A stretch of 63,391 nucleotides of DNA, filler included, from Octopus bimaculoides (GCF_001194135.2; 6 parts of 4 records of this genome joined end to end with filler, not necessarily neighbours in it); one strand, 5' to 3'. Positions 24,655 through 38,030 are shown, counted from the whole stretch's first letter. Numbers and translations: made by a program. The notes: generated from the letters alone by a model not told the origin.

Positions 24655-24818
24655 AAAATTTTTTATCTGTTCTATAACACAAAATATACAAATATTCGAA
24701 GTTTGAAAGTGTTTCGGTACCAAAAACACTACAAAAAAAAAAATGTTGCCCGTCAAACCCCAAAGATCCTATTCATTATATATATTGTTTCCGGTATAAA
24801 TTAATATTACTAAAAAAA

Positions 24819-25143
24819 GGTAGCGAGCTGGCAGAAACGTTAACACGCCGGGCGAAATGTTTAGCGGTATTTCGTCTGATTTTATGTTCTGAGTTCAAAT
24901 TGGCCGAGGTTGACTTTGCCTTTCATCCTTTCGGGGTCGATAAATTAAGTACCAGTTACGCACTGGAGTCGATGTAATCGACTTAATCCGTTTGACTGTC
25001 CTTGTTTGTCCCTTCTGTGTGTAGCCCCTCGTGAGCAATAAAAAAAGTAAGAAACGTTAGCACGCCGGGCGAAACTGGGGTCGATCTAACCGACTGTCTC
25101 CTTCCCAAAAAATTGTGGGCCTTGTGCCTAGAGTAGAAAAGAA
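24819..25143 (+). mobile_element. SINE family A plus a tandem partial second copy
   Basis: Full copy 24819-25050, then a restart AGAAACGTTAGCACGCCGGGCGAAA joined to a short-form 3' end. Confidence 0.85.
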
Positions 25144-25384
25144 TATGGATCTTTTTTAAAACGGGGGCCACATTTTTCATTAACGAAACACTTTGAAACT
25201 TGGAACACTGGTAGAATGTGTCATATAAAACATCTTTTTCTCTTAGTCTTCTTTAAAAAAAAAGAAATCCATAAGTTATTCCATGTTAAAGTTGTCGTAT
25301 TTCTGTAATTTCAACCAATCACTGACGTCCATTCAGCCGATATACATTAAGTGCCGACTACATAAACAAACGATTCTGAAACAA

Positions 25385-25448
25385 TTAACCCTAACCCTAA
25401 CCCTAAACCTAAACCTAACCCTAGGGTTAGGGTTAGGGTTAGGGTTAA
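25385..25448. repeat. Palindromic telomere-like repeat (TAACCC)n-(TTAGGG)n
   Basis: Centre CCCTAGGG at 25419-25426; embedded in a non-telomeric repeat (25150-25490). Confidence 0.9.
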
Positions 25449-26527
25449 AGCAAATTTTAAATGAAAAAAGCAAATAAAACGAAGGTATGNNNNNNNNNNN
25501 NNNNNNNNNNNNNNNNNNNNNNNNNNNNNNNNNNNNNNNNNNNNNNNNNNNNNNNNNNNNNNNNNNNNNNNNNNNNNNNNNNNNNNNNNNNNNNNNNNNN
25601 NNNNNNNNNNNNNNNNNNNNNNNNNNNNNNNNNNNNNNNNNNNNNNNNNNNNNNNNNNNNNNNNNNNNNNNNNNNNNNNNNNNNNNNNNNNNNNNNNNNN
25701 NNNNNNNNNNNNNNNNNNNNNNNNNNNNNNNNNNNNNNNNNNNNNNNNNNNNNNNNNNNNNNNNNNNNNNNNNNNNNNNNNNNNNNNNNNNNNNNNNNNN
25801 NNNNNNNNNNNNNNNNNNNNNNNNNNNNNNNNNNNNNNNNNNNNNNNNNNNNNNNNNNNNNNNNNNNNNNNNNNNNNNNNNNNNNNNNNNNNNNNNNNNN
25901 NNNNNNNNNNNNNNNNNNNNNNNNNNNNNNNNNNNNNNNNNNNNNNNNNNNNNNNNNNNNNNNNNNNNNNNNNNNNNNNNNNNNNNNNNNNNNNNNNNNN
26001 NNNNNNNNNNNNNNNNNNNNNNNNNNNNNNNNNNNNNNNNNNNNNNNNNNNNNNNNNNNNNNNNNNNNNNNNNNNNNNNNNNNNNNNNNNNNNNNNNNNN
26101 NNNNNNNNNNNNNNNNNNNNNNNNNNNNNNNNNNNNNNNNNNNNNNNNNNNNNNNNNNNNNNNNNNNNNNNNNNNNNNNNNNNNNNNNNNNNNNNNNNNN
26201 NNNNNNNNNNNNNNNNNNNNNNNNNNNNNNNNNNNNNNNNNNNNNNNNNNNNNNNNNNNNNNNNNNNNNNNNNNNNNNNNNNNNNNNNNNNNNNNNNTAT
26301 ATATATAGATAGATAGATATTTGTACATTTATGTATATATGTATGCAATGTATGCCTTCTTTAAAATACACACTTAAACAGGCATTACACATACGTATAC
26401 ACATATGCATACATATACGCATAAACACACACACATACAGATGTACATATATATATATATATATGCATACATAGCATACATAGATACATATACATATATA
26501 TATGGTATACATACATAGATACATGTG

Positions 26528-26574
<47 letters not shown>

Positions 26575-27444
26575 CCCTAGGAAGTTAATTCCCCGTTAAG
26601 CACTTTGAGGCATTTTTTCCTTAGAAGTGTTTTATCTGGCTGCGTAAAAAATTATCTTTCTTTCGGTACGTTTGTCCGTTCCTGGCAATCACACAGGAAT
26701 TCTGTCTTTTAATGCTGCCTGAAGAGTAATACAATTCTCGAAACGTTCTGTAGCGGAAGACATGCTGCGAGGTATGATCACAGTTTTTTTTTTCCTTTTT
26801 TTACTACATCAGAATTTCTTAGCGTTCATTTTTGACTCTATAGACCCAAATAATTCATAGATTACATGAAAGTTAGTCGAGTACTTTATATTGTGTGTGT
26901 ATGTGTGCATGTGTGTGGGTCTGTGAGTGGAAGTGTGTGTGAGTGTCTGTCTGTCTGTTTCTCTGCGCGTGTGTGTGTGTACAGTTCGATAATGGCTCAG
27001 CTGGCCGAAATTTCGAAGTCACTGCCAATATTATTCTTGTTAAAGAGTGAAACATTTGTACTCTACCAAATGTATTGTGTAAACCTCCAGTTTAATGTAA
27101 AATCATTTTTATTATAACATAAAAACAAACATTAATATATTTATATATATGTATGTATATATATATANNNNNNNNNNNNNNNNNNNNNNNNNNNNNNNNN
27201 NNNNNNNNNNNNNNNNNNNNNNNNNNNNNNNNNNNNNNNNNNNNNNNNNNNNNNNNNNNNNNNNNNNNNNNNNNNNNNNNCACACACACATACATAGATA
27301 TATTTACCCATACACACACACATATATATACATACATTCGTGCGTATATGTCCATATGTACGTGCGTGCATGTCTGTGTGTAATTGCATGTATGTATGTA
27401 TGTATGTATGTATGTGTGTGTGTATGTATGTATGTGTAAATACC

Positions 27445-27870
27445 CTCCAAACCGTGTAACAACACAACAGCAAAGTAATATTGTAAAGAGGGTGAGTGCA
27501 TCAAGGTCTCCTTGCTTTACTCCATTCTCCACGGCAAAAGATTCAGAGAGCCTACCACTTAACTCTAGCTTTCATATCTTGATGCAAAGCCTTGATCATG
27601 TTTACAAATTTTTCTGGGCAACCTATTTTCTTTAGAATTAACCACAGAGCATTTCGATTAACAGTATCGAATGCTTTGCTCAAATCAACAAGATCCACAA
27701 AGATCAGAACTTACCTGCAGCTCTTGGTGGTCCAAATCGGATATGCAATCTATGAGGGCTTCTTTTCAAAATATTGTCTGGTTTAAAAAACCTCATCAGA
27801 TGCCATGATGGTTCTAAGGCGTAGGTACAGGAAGGGGTCAAACTCTGCGTAAGGAGTAGACAACCACCAT
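27445..27870 (-). mobile_element. RTE LINE fragment (RT core)
   Basis: Reads VDLSKAFDTVNRNALWLILKKIGCPEKFVNMIKALHQDMKARV...FAVENGVKQGD. Confidence 0.85.
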
Positions 27871-28656
27871 GTATATATATATATATNNNNNNNNNNNNNN
27901 NNNNNNNNNNNNNNNNNNNNNNNNNNNNNNNNNNNNNNNNNNNNNNNNNNNNNNNNNNNNNNNNNNNNNNNNNNNNNNNNNNNNNNNNNNNNNNNNNNNN
28001 NNNNNNNNNNNNNNNNNNNNNNNNNNNNNNNNNNNNNNNNNNNNNNNNNNNNNNNNNNNNNNNNNNNNNNNNNNNNNNNNNNNNNNNNNNNNNNNNNNNN
28101 NNNNNNNNNNNNNNNNNNNNNNNNNNNNNNNNNNNNNNNNNNNNNNNNNNNNNNNNNNNNNNNNNNNNNNNNNNNNNNNNNNNNNNNNNNNNNNNNNNNN
28201 NNNNNNNNNNNNNNNNNNNNNNNNNNNNNNNNNNNNNNNNNNNNNNNNNNNNNNNNNNNNNNNNNNNNNNNNNNNNNNNNNNNNNNNNNNNNNNNNNNNN
28301 NNNNNNNNNNNNNNNNNNNNNNNNNNNNNNNNNNNNNNNNNNNNNNNNNNNNNNNNNNNNNNNNNNNNNNNNNNNNNNNNNNNNNNNNNNNNNNNNNNNN
28401 NNNNNNNNNNNNNNNNNNNNNNNNNNNNNNNNNNNNNNNNNNNNNNNNNNNNNNNNNNNNNNNNNNNNNNNNNNNNNNNNNNNNNNNNNNNNNNNNNNNN
28501 NNNNNNNNNNNNNNNNNNNNNNNNNNNNNNNNNNNNNNNNNNNNNNNNNNNNNNNNNNNNNNNNNNNNNNNNNNNNNNNNNNNNNNNNNNNNNNNNNNNN
28601 NNNNNNNNNNNNNNNNNNNNNNNNNNNNNNNNNNNNNNNNNNNNNNNNNNNNNNNA

Positions 28657-29007
28657 GCGTAGGAGCGGCTTATAGGCGTAGGAGTGGCTGTGTACTAAAA
28701 AGCTTACTTCCCAACCTCATAGTTCCACGTTCAGTCCCATTGCGTGACAGCTTGTCCAACTGTCTTTTATTATGGCCTCGAGCCGACCAAAGCTTTGTAA
28801 GTGGATTTGGTAGACGGAAACTGAAAGAAGCCCGTCGTATACCGGTATTTCGTTTGTCTTTGCGTTCTGAGTTCAAATTCTGCTGAGGTCGACTTTGCCT
28901 TTCATCCTTTCGGATAAATTAAGTACCAGTTGCGTACTGGGGTCGATCTAATCGACTGGCTCCTTCCCCCAAAATTTGGGGCCTTGCGCCAAGAGTAGGA
29001 AAGAATA
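28657..29007 (+). mobile_element. SINE family C head (28657-28842) joined to a family A fragment (28843-29007)
   Basis: GCGTAGGAGTGGCTGTG...GGAAACTGAAAGAAGCCCGTCGTAT followed by GGTATTTCGT...GAGTTCAAATTC. Confidence 0.75.
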
Positions 29008-29734
29008 TCTTTACTAGTAATAAACAGTGATTTGTAACTGTGACATACGTTCACAAACTTTATGGGTGGAGTATAGTCAGACCTGACTCATATTTTTTGA
29101 CCCATGATGAATAAGAGGCAAAGTTGACCATGGTGAGGTTTAACCACAGAAGCTAAAGGAACAAAGGTACATACACAGTTTTATTCTATACTCCATTAGT
29201 GCTTCACTCACCCTGTCATGCGCTGTACACATTGCTCTAGTAATAACTATTTCTAGCACAGGTATTCGACCAGAGCCATTTAAAATTCAATGGATCCTAC
29301 TAGTACTAGTCTGAAACTCAACCCTTTTGTTACCATGGGCCCGAGAACTGGGGGTACATGGGGTACAAGTGCAACCCCTAGAATTTTTGTGCGGTGCAAA
29401 AAAAAAAAAAAAAAATTGCATCCCTACTGTTCTCGAGTTTAGAAAACTGAATGAAACGTCATCTGTAAAAATTGGCTCGAAATTGGGTTTCTTAACAAGG
29501 AACAAACATAAATAAAAGTAATAATAAGACCTTGCTTGTAAAGATTTTTGGACCCCACTCAGCAAATTTCTTTCCCGAGCCAGTGTTTGTTACTACATTT
29601 TAGTTGAAATACGTTGCCCTTGTTTCAGTTGATTTTTAAAATTATGAAAAATTTTGTAAAGTAACCTTGTTATTATTAAGCTCGTATTTGGAACACGAAT
29701 TAACATGAAATTTTTGGCATATCTTAATTTAGAT

Positions 29735-30013
29735 TAGTGGTTCCCAAAGAATGCGATACTGCTCCCTTCGGGGCCGTGGAAAGATCTGGGGAGACTTTGA
29801 AGAAAAATGAGGTGATAATGGGGTGGCCCAAAGGGGACGATAGATGTAAAAATAATGGGTTAGTTAGGTTAAGTTTTATTTTTGAAATACAGTTGTTTTG
29901 AATTTGCTTCAATTAGTGGTCTACGTATGTGGTGGTGAATGGAGGGTAGGGGCGATAGGAATGTGACGCGGGTGCCAAGGTCGCAACAGCCCGAAAATGT
30001 TTGGGAACCACTG
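29735..30013. mobile_element. hAT (Charlie-like) MITE
   Basis: TIRs TAGTGGTTCCCAAA / TTTGGGAACCACTG; degenerate 8-bp TSD ATTTAGAT / GTTTACAT. Confidence 0.8.
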
Positions 30014-30564
30014 GTTTACATCATCTTAAAACAAGAAGTTTCGTATCATAGAACCAGGAGCAGTCTTGATCAGGTTGGTAGCAAAAAGGTTAAATAGTCT
30101 ATCTTAATTAATTATTGAGTATCCAGAATATCTTTTTAAAGAAAACTATTTTGTGACATTTATGTTTATATTTTATGGTTACTGCTAATATTGTCCTACA
30201 ACTGCCGTCAAGTTGTGTAGATTATATATCATCTTTTAATGTTGATTTATGTATTAGCAACTTTTAAGTTTAAAATTTTGACAGATCATTTAGATATCAA
30301 TGAATCATTACTTATCTCTATGCTTTTTTATCTATTATTCTGAACAATATAATTTCGATAAATATTCCGCCTTTACTTCAATTAACGTTTTCATAGATTT
30401 GTCCATTCTCCAGTATCGTTTCGACCAATGCAATTCGGCGAGCATTCTTATAAACATTTATTTACTGAAAGTGTGTGTGTGTGTGTGTGTGTGTGTGGTT
30501 TGTAAAAAGCATAAATCCGAAAAAAGAAGCACATTCTAAGATGTAGAGCAATATATATTAAAAA

Positions 30565-31742
30565 CGGGCAAGGCCGGTTTATGGGACTACCTTAATCATC
30601 AAGCGCCGAAGTGCATCCTTTGACTAAGTTTGCATACATGAAGCTGATAACATCATAAGACTTGGAAGGCAGCTCCTTGAGCAACGCTCTTTGTCTGATA
30701 ACCTAGAATACATACCCAAAGAAGTCGCACGAATCTACTGCAACGTACCATCAGATGAAAGGATGAGCCTATATGAGCAGAATACTATGAATGAATATGT
30801 CAGTAGAAAGCTCCGTGAAGATAGTAACATCGATCATCAAAGCAGTTTATCATTGACCAATAGCCGGATTACTCCCTCTCACTTTGAAGGGTATGCGTTT
30901 GCAATCCAGGAAAAGGAAATATCAACCAAGTACCTGATGCACAAAAGGGATAGAGATGCAGGAAAAGCCGTAAAATGTGACAACCGATGCAGACTTTGTG
31001 GAGTTCACACTAAAGATTTCACATCATAAACAGTTGTCCGAAAATGTCATCACGGTATTATCTACCGATGAGACATGATGTTGTAGCTAGGACACTGTAT
31101 AATGAAATCCGCCGGAAGGATAATCTCGAGAACAAAGACATAAAAAAACCCACAATGTGGTAGAAGTCATAGCCACTCATAATAAGAGGGAATACTGGTG
31201 GAATGTACCAGTGAAGACCTCAATAAAATGTAAGCACAACAGACCTGATATAATGATTTAGGATAGAGAAGAGAAACTGAGCACAGTTGTGGAAATTCGC
31301 TGCCCAGCGGATGTTAACATAAAGCTGAAGATTAGTGAAAAAGAGAACACCTATGCTGAATTATTGAGAAATCTGCAGTTACTCTATCCAGATTACAAGT
31401 TCAGGTTTATACCTGTAATTATTGGGGCCCTCGGATATGTAACAGACTTATCAAAACTAGAAAAGAGAAAGCTAATTGGAAGACTACAGATCCAATCCAC
31501 CACTGGAACTGTAAAAATCTGTAAAATTTTCCAGAATTTTATTATTTAAATATATATGAGCATGTCTAGATATGCGACTATATGCATGAGAATACATACA
31601 TAAAACATACAAATTTGCACATACATACATACATACAAAAATACTCTGTTGTTGATGTTGAAATTCCAATGAAGGAGCCTTGGATCTAGGTTACAAACCG
31701 GTTCTTTCTCTATTGGCAAAAAATCTTGAAATAAACTGAATG
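30565..31742 (+). mobile_element. R4/Dong-clade non-LTR retrotransposon, 5'-truncated (family 1)
   Basis: EGYAFAIQE...CRLCG...HII.SCPK....YLPMRHDVV...NRPDI...VVEIRCP...KISEKENTY...FIPVIIGALG: CCHC finger plus REL endonuclease, then a 3' UTR. Confidence 0.85.
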
Positions 31743-32414
31743 ACATACATATATACATGAAACTGAAGTACTTTGAATTGTAATTCTAGTTTCATTATTT
31801 CGATTGTTCACATGAGTTTGAACAATGCATTTGCAAAGTGATACTCATTTTAACGATTCATGAAACTCGAGCTAACAATCAAATTTGCATACTCTACTTT
31901 AAATATGGAGACTCTTTTCCTATTTCCGAAATAAAACTTCATCAATCCATGTGTGTATGTGTGTATGTGTGTATGTGTGTATGTGCGTGCGTACGTGCGT
32001 GTGTGCGTGTTTGTTAATTGATTTGTTAATATATATTTTCAGTATCATATTTTTGTTCATAGGGGGATTGTAGCTTATACTTCTTATAATGGTTACAAAC
32101 TAGGACACAGCTGAGCTCTCTCGTCTAATTTGCATAACAATACATACGCTGGCAAAGTGGATAATTAATTAATTCATCAATAATTAATGCATCACACAGC
32201 GCGTTTTGGTTAATTTGAAATGTAATGTAATTTATATCCTTTTGATAAACAAATAACTGGTGTGAAAGATAAACGAAGTCGTTATACCAGAGGATCTTTT
32301 TTCTCTCCAGGTGCAGGATAAACAGGAAAAAACCCTATGTTCATTATAAAAGATGTGTGTGTGTGTGCGCGCGTGCGTACGTGCATGTGTGTGTGTGTGT
32401 ATGTATGTATGCCA

Positions 32415-32815
32415 TTATTCAGTTTTGTTTCAAGATTTCTTGCCAATAGACAGAAGCCGGTTTCTAACCTAGATCCAAGGCTTCTTCATTGGGATTTCAA
32501 CATCAATAACACGGTAATTTTGTATGTGTGTATACGTGCAGATTTGTATGTTTTGCTTTATGTATGCCTTCTCATGCATATACCTGCATATCTAGACATG
32601 CTCATATATGCTTAAATGATAAACTTTAACAGACTTTTACACAGTTCCAGTGATGGTCTGGATCTGTAGTGTTCGAATCTTCTTTCTTCTTTCTGGTTTT
32701 GAGAAGCCTAATTTCTCAAGAGTGGTATTTAGGCAGTGTGTTACATATCCCAGGGTCCCAATAATAACAGGTATAAATCTGAACTTGTAATCTGGTTAAA
32801 GTAACTCCAGATTTT
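32415..32815 (-). mobile_element. Second, shorter copy of R4 family 1, inverted relative to the first
   Basis: Reverse complement matches 31380-31742 (DYKFRFIPVIIG..G to the 3' UTR end). Confidence 0.85.
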
Positions 32816-33960
32816 TCATACATACATGCACACATACATACATACAGACATACATACATACATACATACATACGTACGCACGTACATATATACGTATGTA
32901 TGTATTTGAGTCTTTCTTGTGTGACGTACGTCACAGACACAAATTTTGAAATGCCCAAGCACTCAATCTTGGACATTCACAAGAATTGTATTGGTTCATT
33001 TTTCACCGTAACGTTCGACTACCCAGGCAAGTATTAAAAAAAAAGTTGCCTGGAATGTATGTTAAGTGATTCTAAAAAGTAACATGTGACATCGCACAAA
33101 ATAACTGCTAATTCCTCTAAATTTCTCCAGGGCAGCATAAAATCTCTTGGTGTTTATCTACATTGACCTCGAAATTTCAAAAGACGCTAATGGGTTTTCT
33201 GGGCAATAATGTCCGTGCCCCACAATTCTCATTCACCTAGTGTAACGTGCGTGACAACAACCGATGTAACGTACGTGACAGAAAGTTTCATGTTAGAGAC
33301 AACGCTGCTTAGATCTGGAGGAAATTGTCTCAGTATCCGTATCTGGTCGAAAATTTACCATTTCAACATACCTTTTTACAAGAATATAATGATTTTTCTG
33401 GAATTTTGAAAGTCTTTTTAAATCCTAAATGTCTTTAAAACTTATTTTGGTTTAACTTTCTTGAGAATGGTCCATATATATGTGCAGGTATATGTATATA
33501 TATGTACGAAGAAGAACACTGGAGTCTGTTGAGATTTTTGATAAACAAAATTTTATTCTTTTCATACACAAAAACAAATGATGTCTTTACTACGAACAAC
33601 AAAACGTCGAGAGAGTTTGAATGTTATTGTTCTTGGTGTAGTTGCAGCAGCAGATAAAATGTTTTTAGGTACTTGCCGGCTACTGACTTCTAAAGTCTTT
33701 TATCCTCCGACTGTTCATTGCCTTTGTGTTGTCAGCTGCTATCTGCCGTCTCTGTTGGCTATCTCCTACAGTGTCTGTCAGTGCTCTTCTCTGTTGCATC
33801 TCAAAGTTCTCTGTTTAATAATCATGGTATGTCGAATCTATACTGATTGATAAGCTCAGAAGGAAGTGCGCCAAAAGATGAAGTCGTCGCTAGAGCCTAT
33901 TCCACGCGAAGTCATGATTGTTCAGATTTTGTTTATATATAATTCGTATACATACATACA

Positions 33961-34010
<50 letters not shown>

Positions 34011-34049
34011 GCACATGTGTGGAGTGTGCGTGTGTGTTTAATGTAAGAA

Positions 34050-34260
34050 AAGGTGCGTGGTCAAGAGGATATGGGGCTGGGTTCACGATCACCATAGGGT
34101 TAGTTCGATTCTTGAGCCGGAGACGCGTCGTATCCTTGGGCACATCATTTCATGATGCTTTAGTTTACTCGACTGAAAAGTTACCCCAGTCGTGTCTTTC
34201 CTGGATGATCCACCAAAGGGTGAGAGAGTGTCAATGGCTACTTGCCCAAAACAGTTAATG
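34050..34260 (+). mobile_element. Diverged tRNA-headed SINE (family B-like)
   Basis: AAGGTGCGTGGTCAAGAGG...TTAGTTCGATTCTTGAGCCGG...TCCTTGGGCAC. Confidence 0.55.
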
Positions 34261-35236
34261 AAAGTGTAGTACATGTTACTAAGAAACGCTCGCAGGTGAC
34301 GACAGGCTGTTCTGTATTGTATTATATTCCTACTAACCAACAATTATTTTGTCTTCTCACTTTTCCCCAACTTTTAACACCTCAGCCCTTCCTTAAATTC
34401 CTCAGTCTCAAGAAACCGCCATAAGATATCCTCACTATTTCGAATTATAGTCTCCCTATATTTTCGGCAGCGTTCATATATGTCTAGTTACATCTGCACG
34501 AAACGTACTAGTCTTATATCGTCTGAGGAGTATCTCAGTTGTTTCTCGGGTATGAAACTATTAGTAACGATTTGTTAATCTATTGACTGTAACTTTATTA
34601 ATATATACATTTTACTTGTACTGTGTATCTATTTTTGTTCTTGTAAATTTCTTTAGTGTATAAACGTAGTATATATATGTGTGTGCGTATGTGCGTGTTT
34701 GTGTGTGGACATAAACGCATACAAACACACACGCGCACACATACACACATACAAACGGACACAGATGTATACACCCACGCAGCACGCCGTTTTGTTTTCT
34801 ATTATAGAATTACCAAATGTTGGATGTCACGTCATTAAATTATCGAGGAAATGTTCTCCATCTTAAGTATTTGTTTTCTTCCAATTATATGTATAATTGT
34901 GTATGTATGAGTCGTCTATGTCTATTTAAGTGTTTATGTGCGCGTATATGTGCAAGTATGTGTGCCTACATTCCTGTTGTAAGATTTGTTCCAATATCCT
35001 TGCGTGTATGCAGGCTTATGTTTGAAGATATTTATATTTATTTCCAAATAATACACACACACACATACATACATATATATATATATATACACATACACAC
35101 ATACATACACATATATATACACATATATACATATACATGTGTGTGTGTGATTGTATGTGTGCATACACGCATATATTTATACACATATATACACACATAC
35201 AGTTAGCCGTATATACATATGAATTATCTCTATGTA

Positions 35237-35296
<60 letters not shown>

Positions 35297-35651
35297 CGTG
35301 CGTGTGTGTTTGTGCATGTCTATATCTACAATGCGTGTGAGTCTCTCATGATTTGCGTGTATGACTGCCGACTAACATAAAAGTATTGAGTTAGCGCTTA
35401 TTTTCAAAGGTTTTAATTAAACATCAGTAACATCGATAAACTCAAATAAAATTACATTGTATATTGACGAAATAAAAATTCTACGATCGATAGAAATTTC
35501 AATAGAACCTTTTGAAAATGTATAAAGTTCGCTCGAAACATCATAAATGTTAATAGCTTCTTTCTAGTTCGGAATTTTATTTTGTCCTATTTTATTATAC
35601 TCTTATTTTATTAATATATACGTGTGTATATATACATATATATATATATAT

Positions 35652-35686
<35 letters not shown>

Positions 35687-36429
35687 ATGTGTGTGTGTGT
35701 ATGAGTATGTGTGAATATGTATGTGTGTGTTTGTGTGGAAATTTAATTTCGATTTTTGCTTCTTTCAAAACCTTTCAGAAGTTCGAGCGGAGAATTAATT
35801 ATTCAATTTTAACAGAGTTTTAAATGGTGACGTATTGAATTGGACATCAATTCCTGTATATTTCCTGCTTCACTCCATCTTCTTTCTAACTTCAAACACT
35901 CCTGTCTCTTCCTTCTCCTCCGTTCTAGAGGAGAAATTGTATCGCCTCAATGGCTGAGGCCCCAATGAATCAACAATACAGTTTTGTTTTGGGTTTTCTC
36001 TGAAGACTTCGTCTTTATATAGTGAAACGCATATAAGGGAAAATACTGACCAAAATCGTTCTTCTAGAAAACATGTATGTATAGTTAGCTAGTGATGTGT
36101 TTGTGACTACGTACGTGGTATACTTCGGAATTCAATGATTTACAACAAACGTAACATATGGCTCCAGCTTATAAAATTCCTTCAGGCTTCATGTACTTTG
36201 ACACTTTTCAGAAGAGACTGGCTGGTGGACCAGACCCCACTCTTGTTTAAACATTTATTAGACGGGGCTGGCTGCGGGAACGGATACCCTTCTCGGTTCA
36301 GTATTCAATATATTGTTTATTTCCGGTTTGTCTTATTACTTTAATTACAATATCTATGGATTATAATTCTTTTCGGTTGTTTGGAAGTTTATACATATTT
36401 TGGCACTCAAAATATCGAGTGCTATCGTG

Positions 36430-36800
36430 ACTTACACCTTCACACCTACATACACACTTACATACGTTAAGATCACCAGCATTCTCTCACACACATGCAG
36501 CTTCTCGTCTTGGGTTCACCACTTCTTTGTTATATCCCCTTTTTGTTATCTCCCCTTTGTTATCTCCCCTTTTTCTTAGCTCTCCTGTGTGATCCTTCTG
36601 CCCGGCATTCGCCATGATAGATCACTGACCACTACATTTATATATTTTTTCTCCTTGTTTCTCTCCTTATTTCTTTCTGTGTTCCTTTCAGTTGAAGAGC
36701 GTAGGCTCGAAACGTCAAAGATTTTCTCTATTCCCGAGCGTTAAACTAATACATCCATTTGTTGTTTACACCACTTGTCTTCGTCTGTTTTTTTTTTCGT
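36430..36800 (+). mobile_element. PLE-type terminal repeat, family F
   Basis: Shared with 42990-43170, 47520-47700 (-), 61950-62310 and 7920-8045 (-); contains GAAGAGCGTAGGCTCGAAACGTC. Confidence 0.7.
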
Positions 36801-37031
36801 AAATTCTCCCATATATATATATATATATATGTGCACACACTTTATTTTTGTATTTGGATTGCAAGATTCTTTATGTGAGTTCGTGTATTGAAGCATATTT
36901 TATTGTGTCTGGTGAGAGTCATGTATGCATGTATGTATGTCTACGAGTGAGTGAACAAACGAAACAAAGTGGCACTCAAAAGATTTGATAGAAGTTAAAT
37001 ATATTCTTTAACACCAGTTTGTCCCAGCTCC

Positions 37032-37083
37032 ATGCAACTTAAAGTTTCGTAGTCTCGTAGAACGAACCCTAGTCGTCAGGCAT
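37032..37083 (-). ncRNA. Minimal type I hammerhead ribozyme motif downstream of the PLE ORF
   Basis: augc-CUGACGA-cuag...ucg(uucua)cga...cuac-GAAA-C(uuuaa)G-UU/gcau. Perfect 4-bp stem I and intact core; C.C mismatch at the base of stem II. Confidence 0.6.
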
Positions 37084-38030
37084 CTAGAGAGAGGCAGTGA
37101 GAGGAAGAGGGGACAGAGCTAGGGAGATAAAGAGGAAGAGAGGGAGACAGAGAGATAATCTGGATATGAAACAAATTCAACATGGCTTTTAGATGTGGCC
37201 TTGTGTATGGTTATATCTGGATTGTCGGCTACCAGTGACTTGAAGTTCATTAACAAGATAATTCATTATTCCCGTTGACGGATACAGTAGGTTTGTAAAA
37301 TATGTGCTGTCTTTCACAGAGACAGAGTCAGCAATTGCAATCTCCAAGAGAGTACGGAGAGTTTGTTATACTCCATTTGATGTTGGAAAAGTCGCTCCGA
37401 TGGTCACAGAGTCTCCAGGTAAACCAGGTAGAGTTTTCTCTATCACTGCACCAAAAGGAGTGCATATGCTGTGTACACCTTCCTTTGAAGTACTGACTAT
37501 CATTCCCGTGTAGTACTTGTAACGCTATCGGCTGGTACAAACAAGGCTCTTTAGACCACAGCCCTAAAGTGGTAGGATCCCTTCAGTGGGCAGTTGGAGT
37601 ATTTCGAGAGTTACATGTTAGGATGCGTATTGGAGGTTGTATAAATATGTTTGTGTCTGTTGTAGCGTGCCTGGGTTAGAAGCAACGTTGTCTAAGTAGG
37701 AATGCTGACTTTGACGTTCTGGGGGTTGCAAAGTTTATAATACTTATGGGCTCTAGAGAAATGTCTTTCAATTAGGTTCAGGAAGCTCGTAGCGATGTTC
37801 GTTGAGACATAGACTACATGCACTACACACATTGAACTAATTACTTTTCCCAATCCTGAATACCCGATACTACAGACATGCGATTAGAATTTTGCAGGAT
37901 GAATGGAAAGACATATCCTTCAAGCTAAACCAACCGGTAGCAGATCTTGGGGGAGACCAAGAACGGCTGGATAATATTCATAGTTCTAGTTGGTCACCCT
38001 TGGGGATTCAACCGGAAAATTAAATGACGG
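37032..38030 (-). mobile_element. Penelope-like element: linker + GIY-YIG remnant + 3' hammerhead
   Basis: VSTNIATSFLNLIERHFSRAHKYYKL.NPQNVKVS...CPLKG...KYYTG...ENSTWF...NIKWSI, with frameshifts. Confidence 0.8.

Noticed and set aside
25385-25448. Ancient telomere-telomere fusion site
   Set aside because: A fusion gives (TTAGGG)n-(CCCTAA)n; this is the opposite orientation, very short, and inside another repeat.
33560-33900. Possible small gene on either strand (AATAAA on the minus strand near 33553)
   Set aside because: Only short frames with no recognisable motif or splice support.
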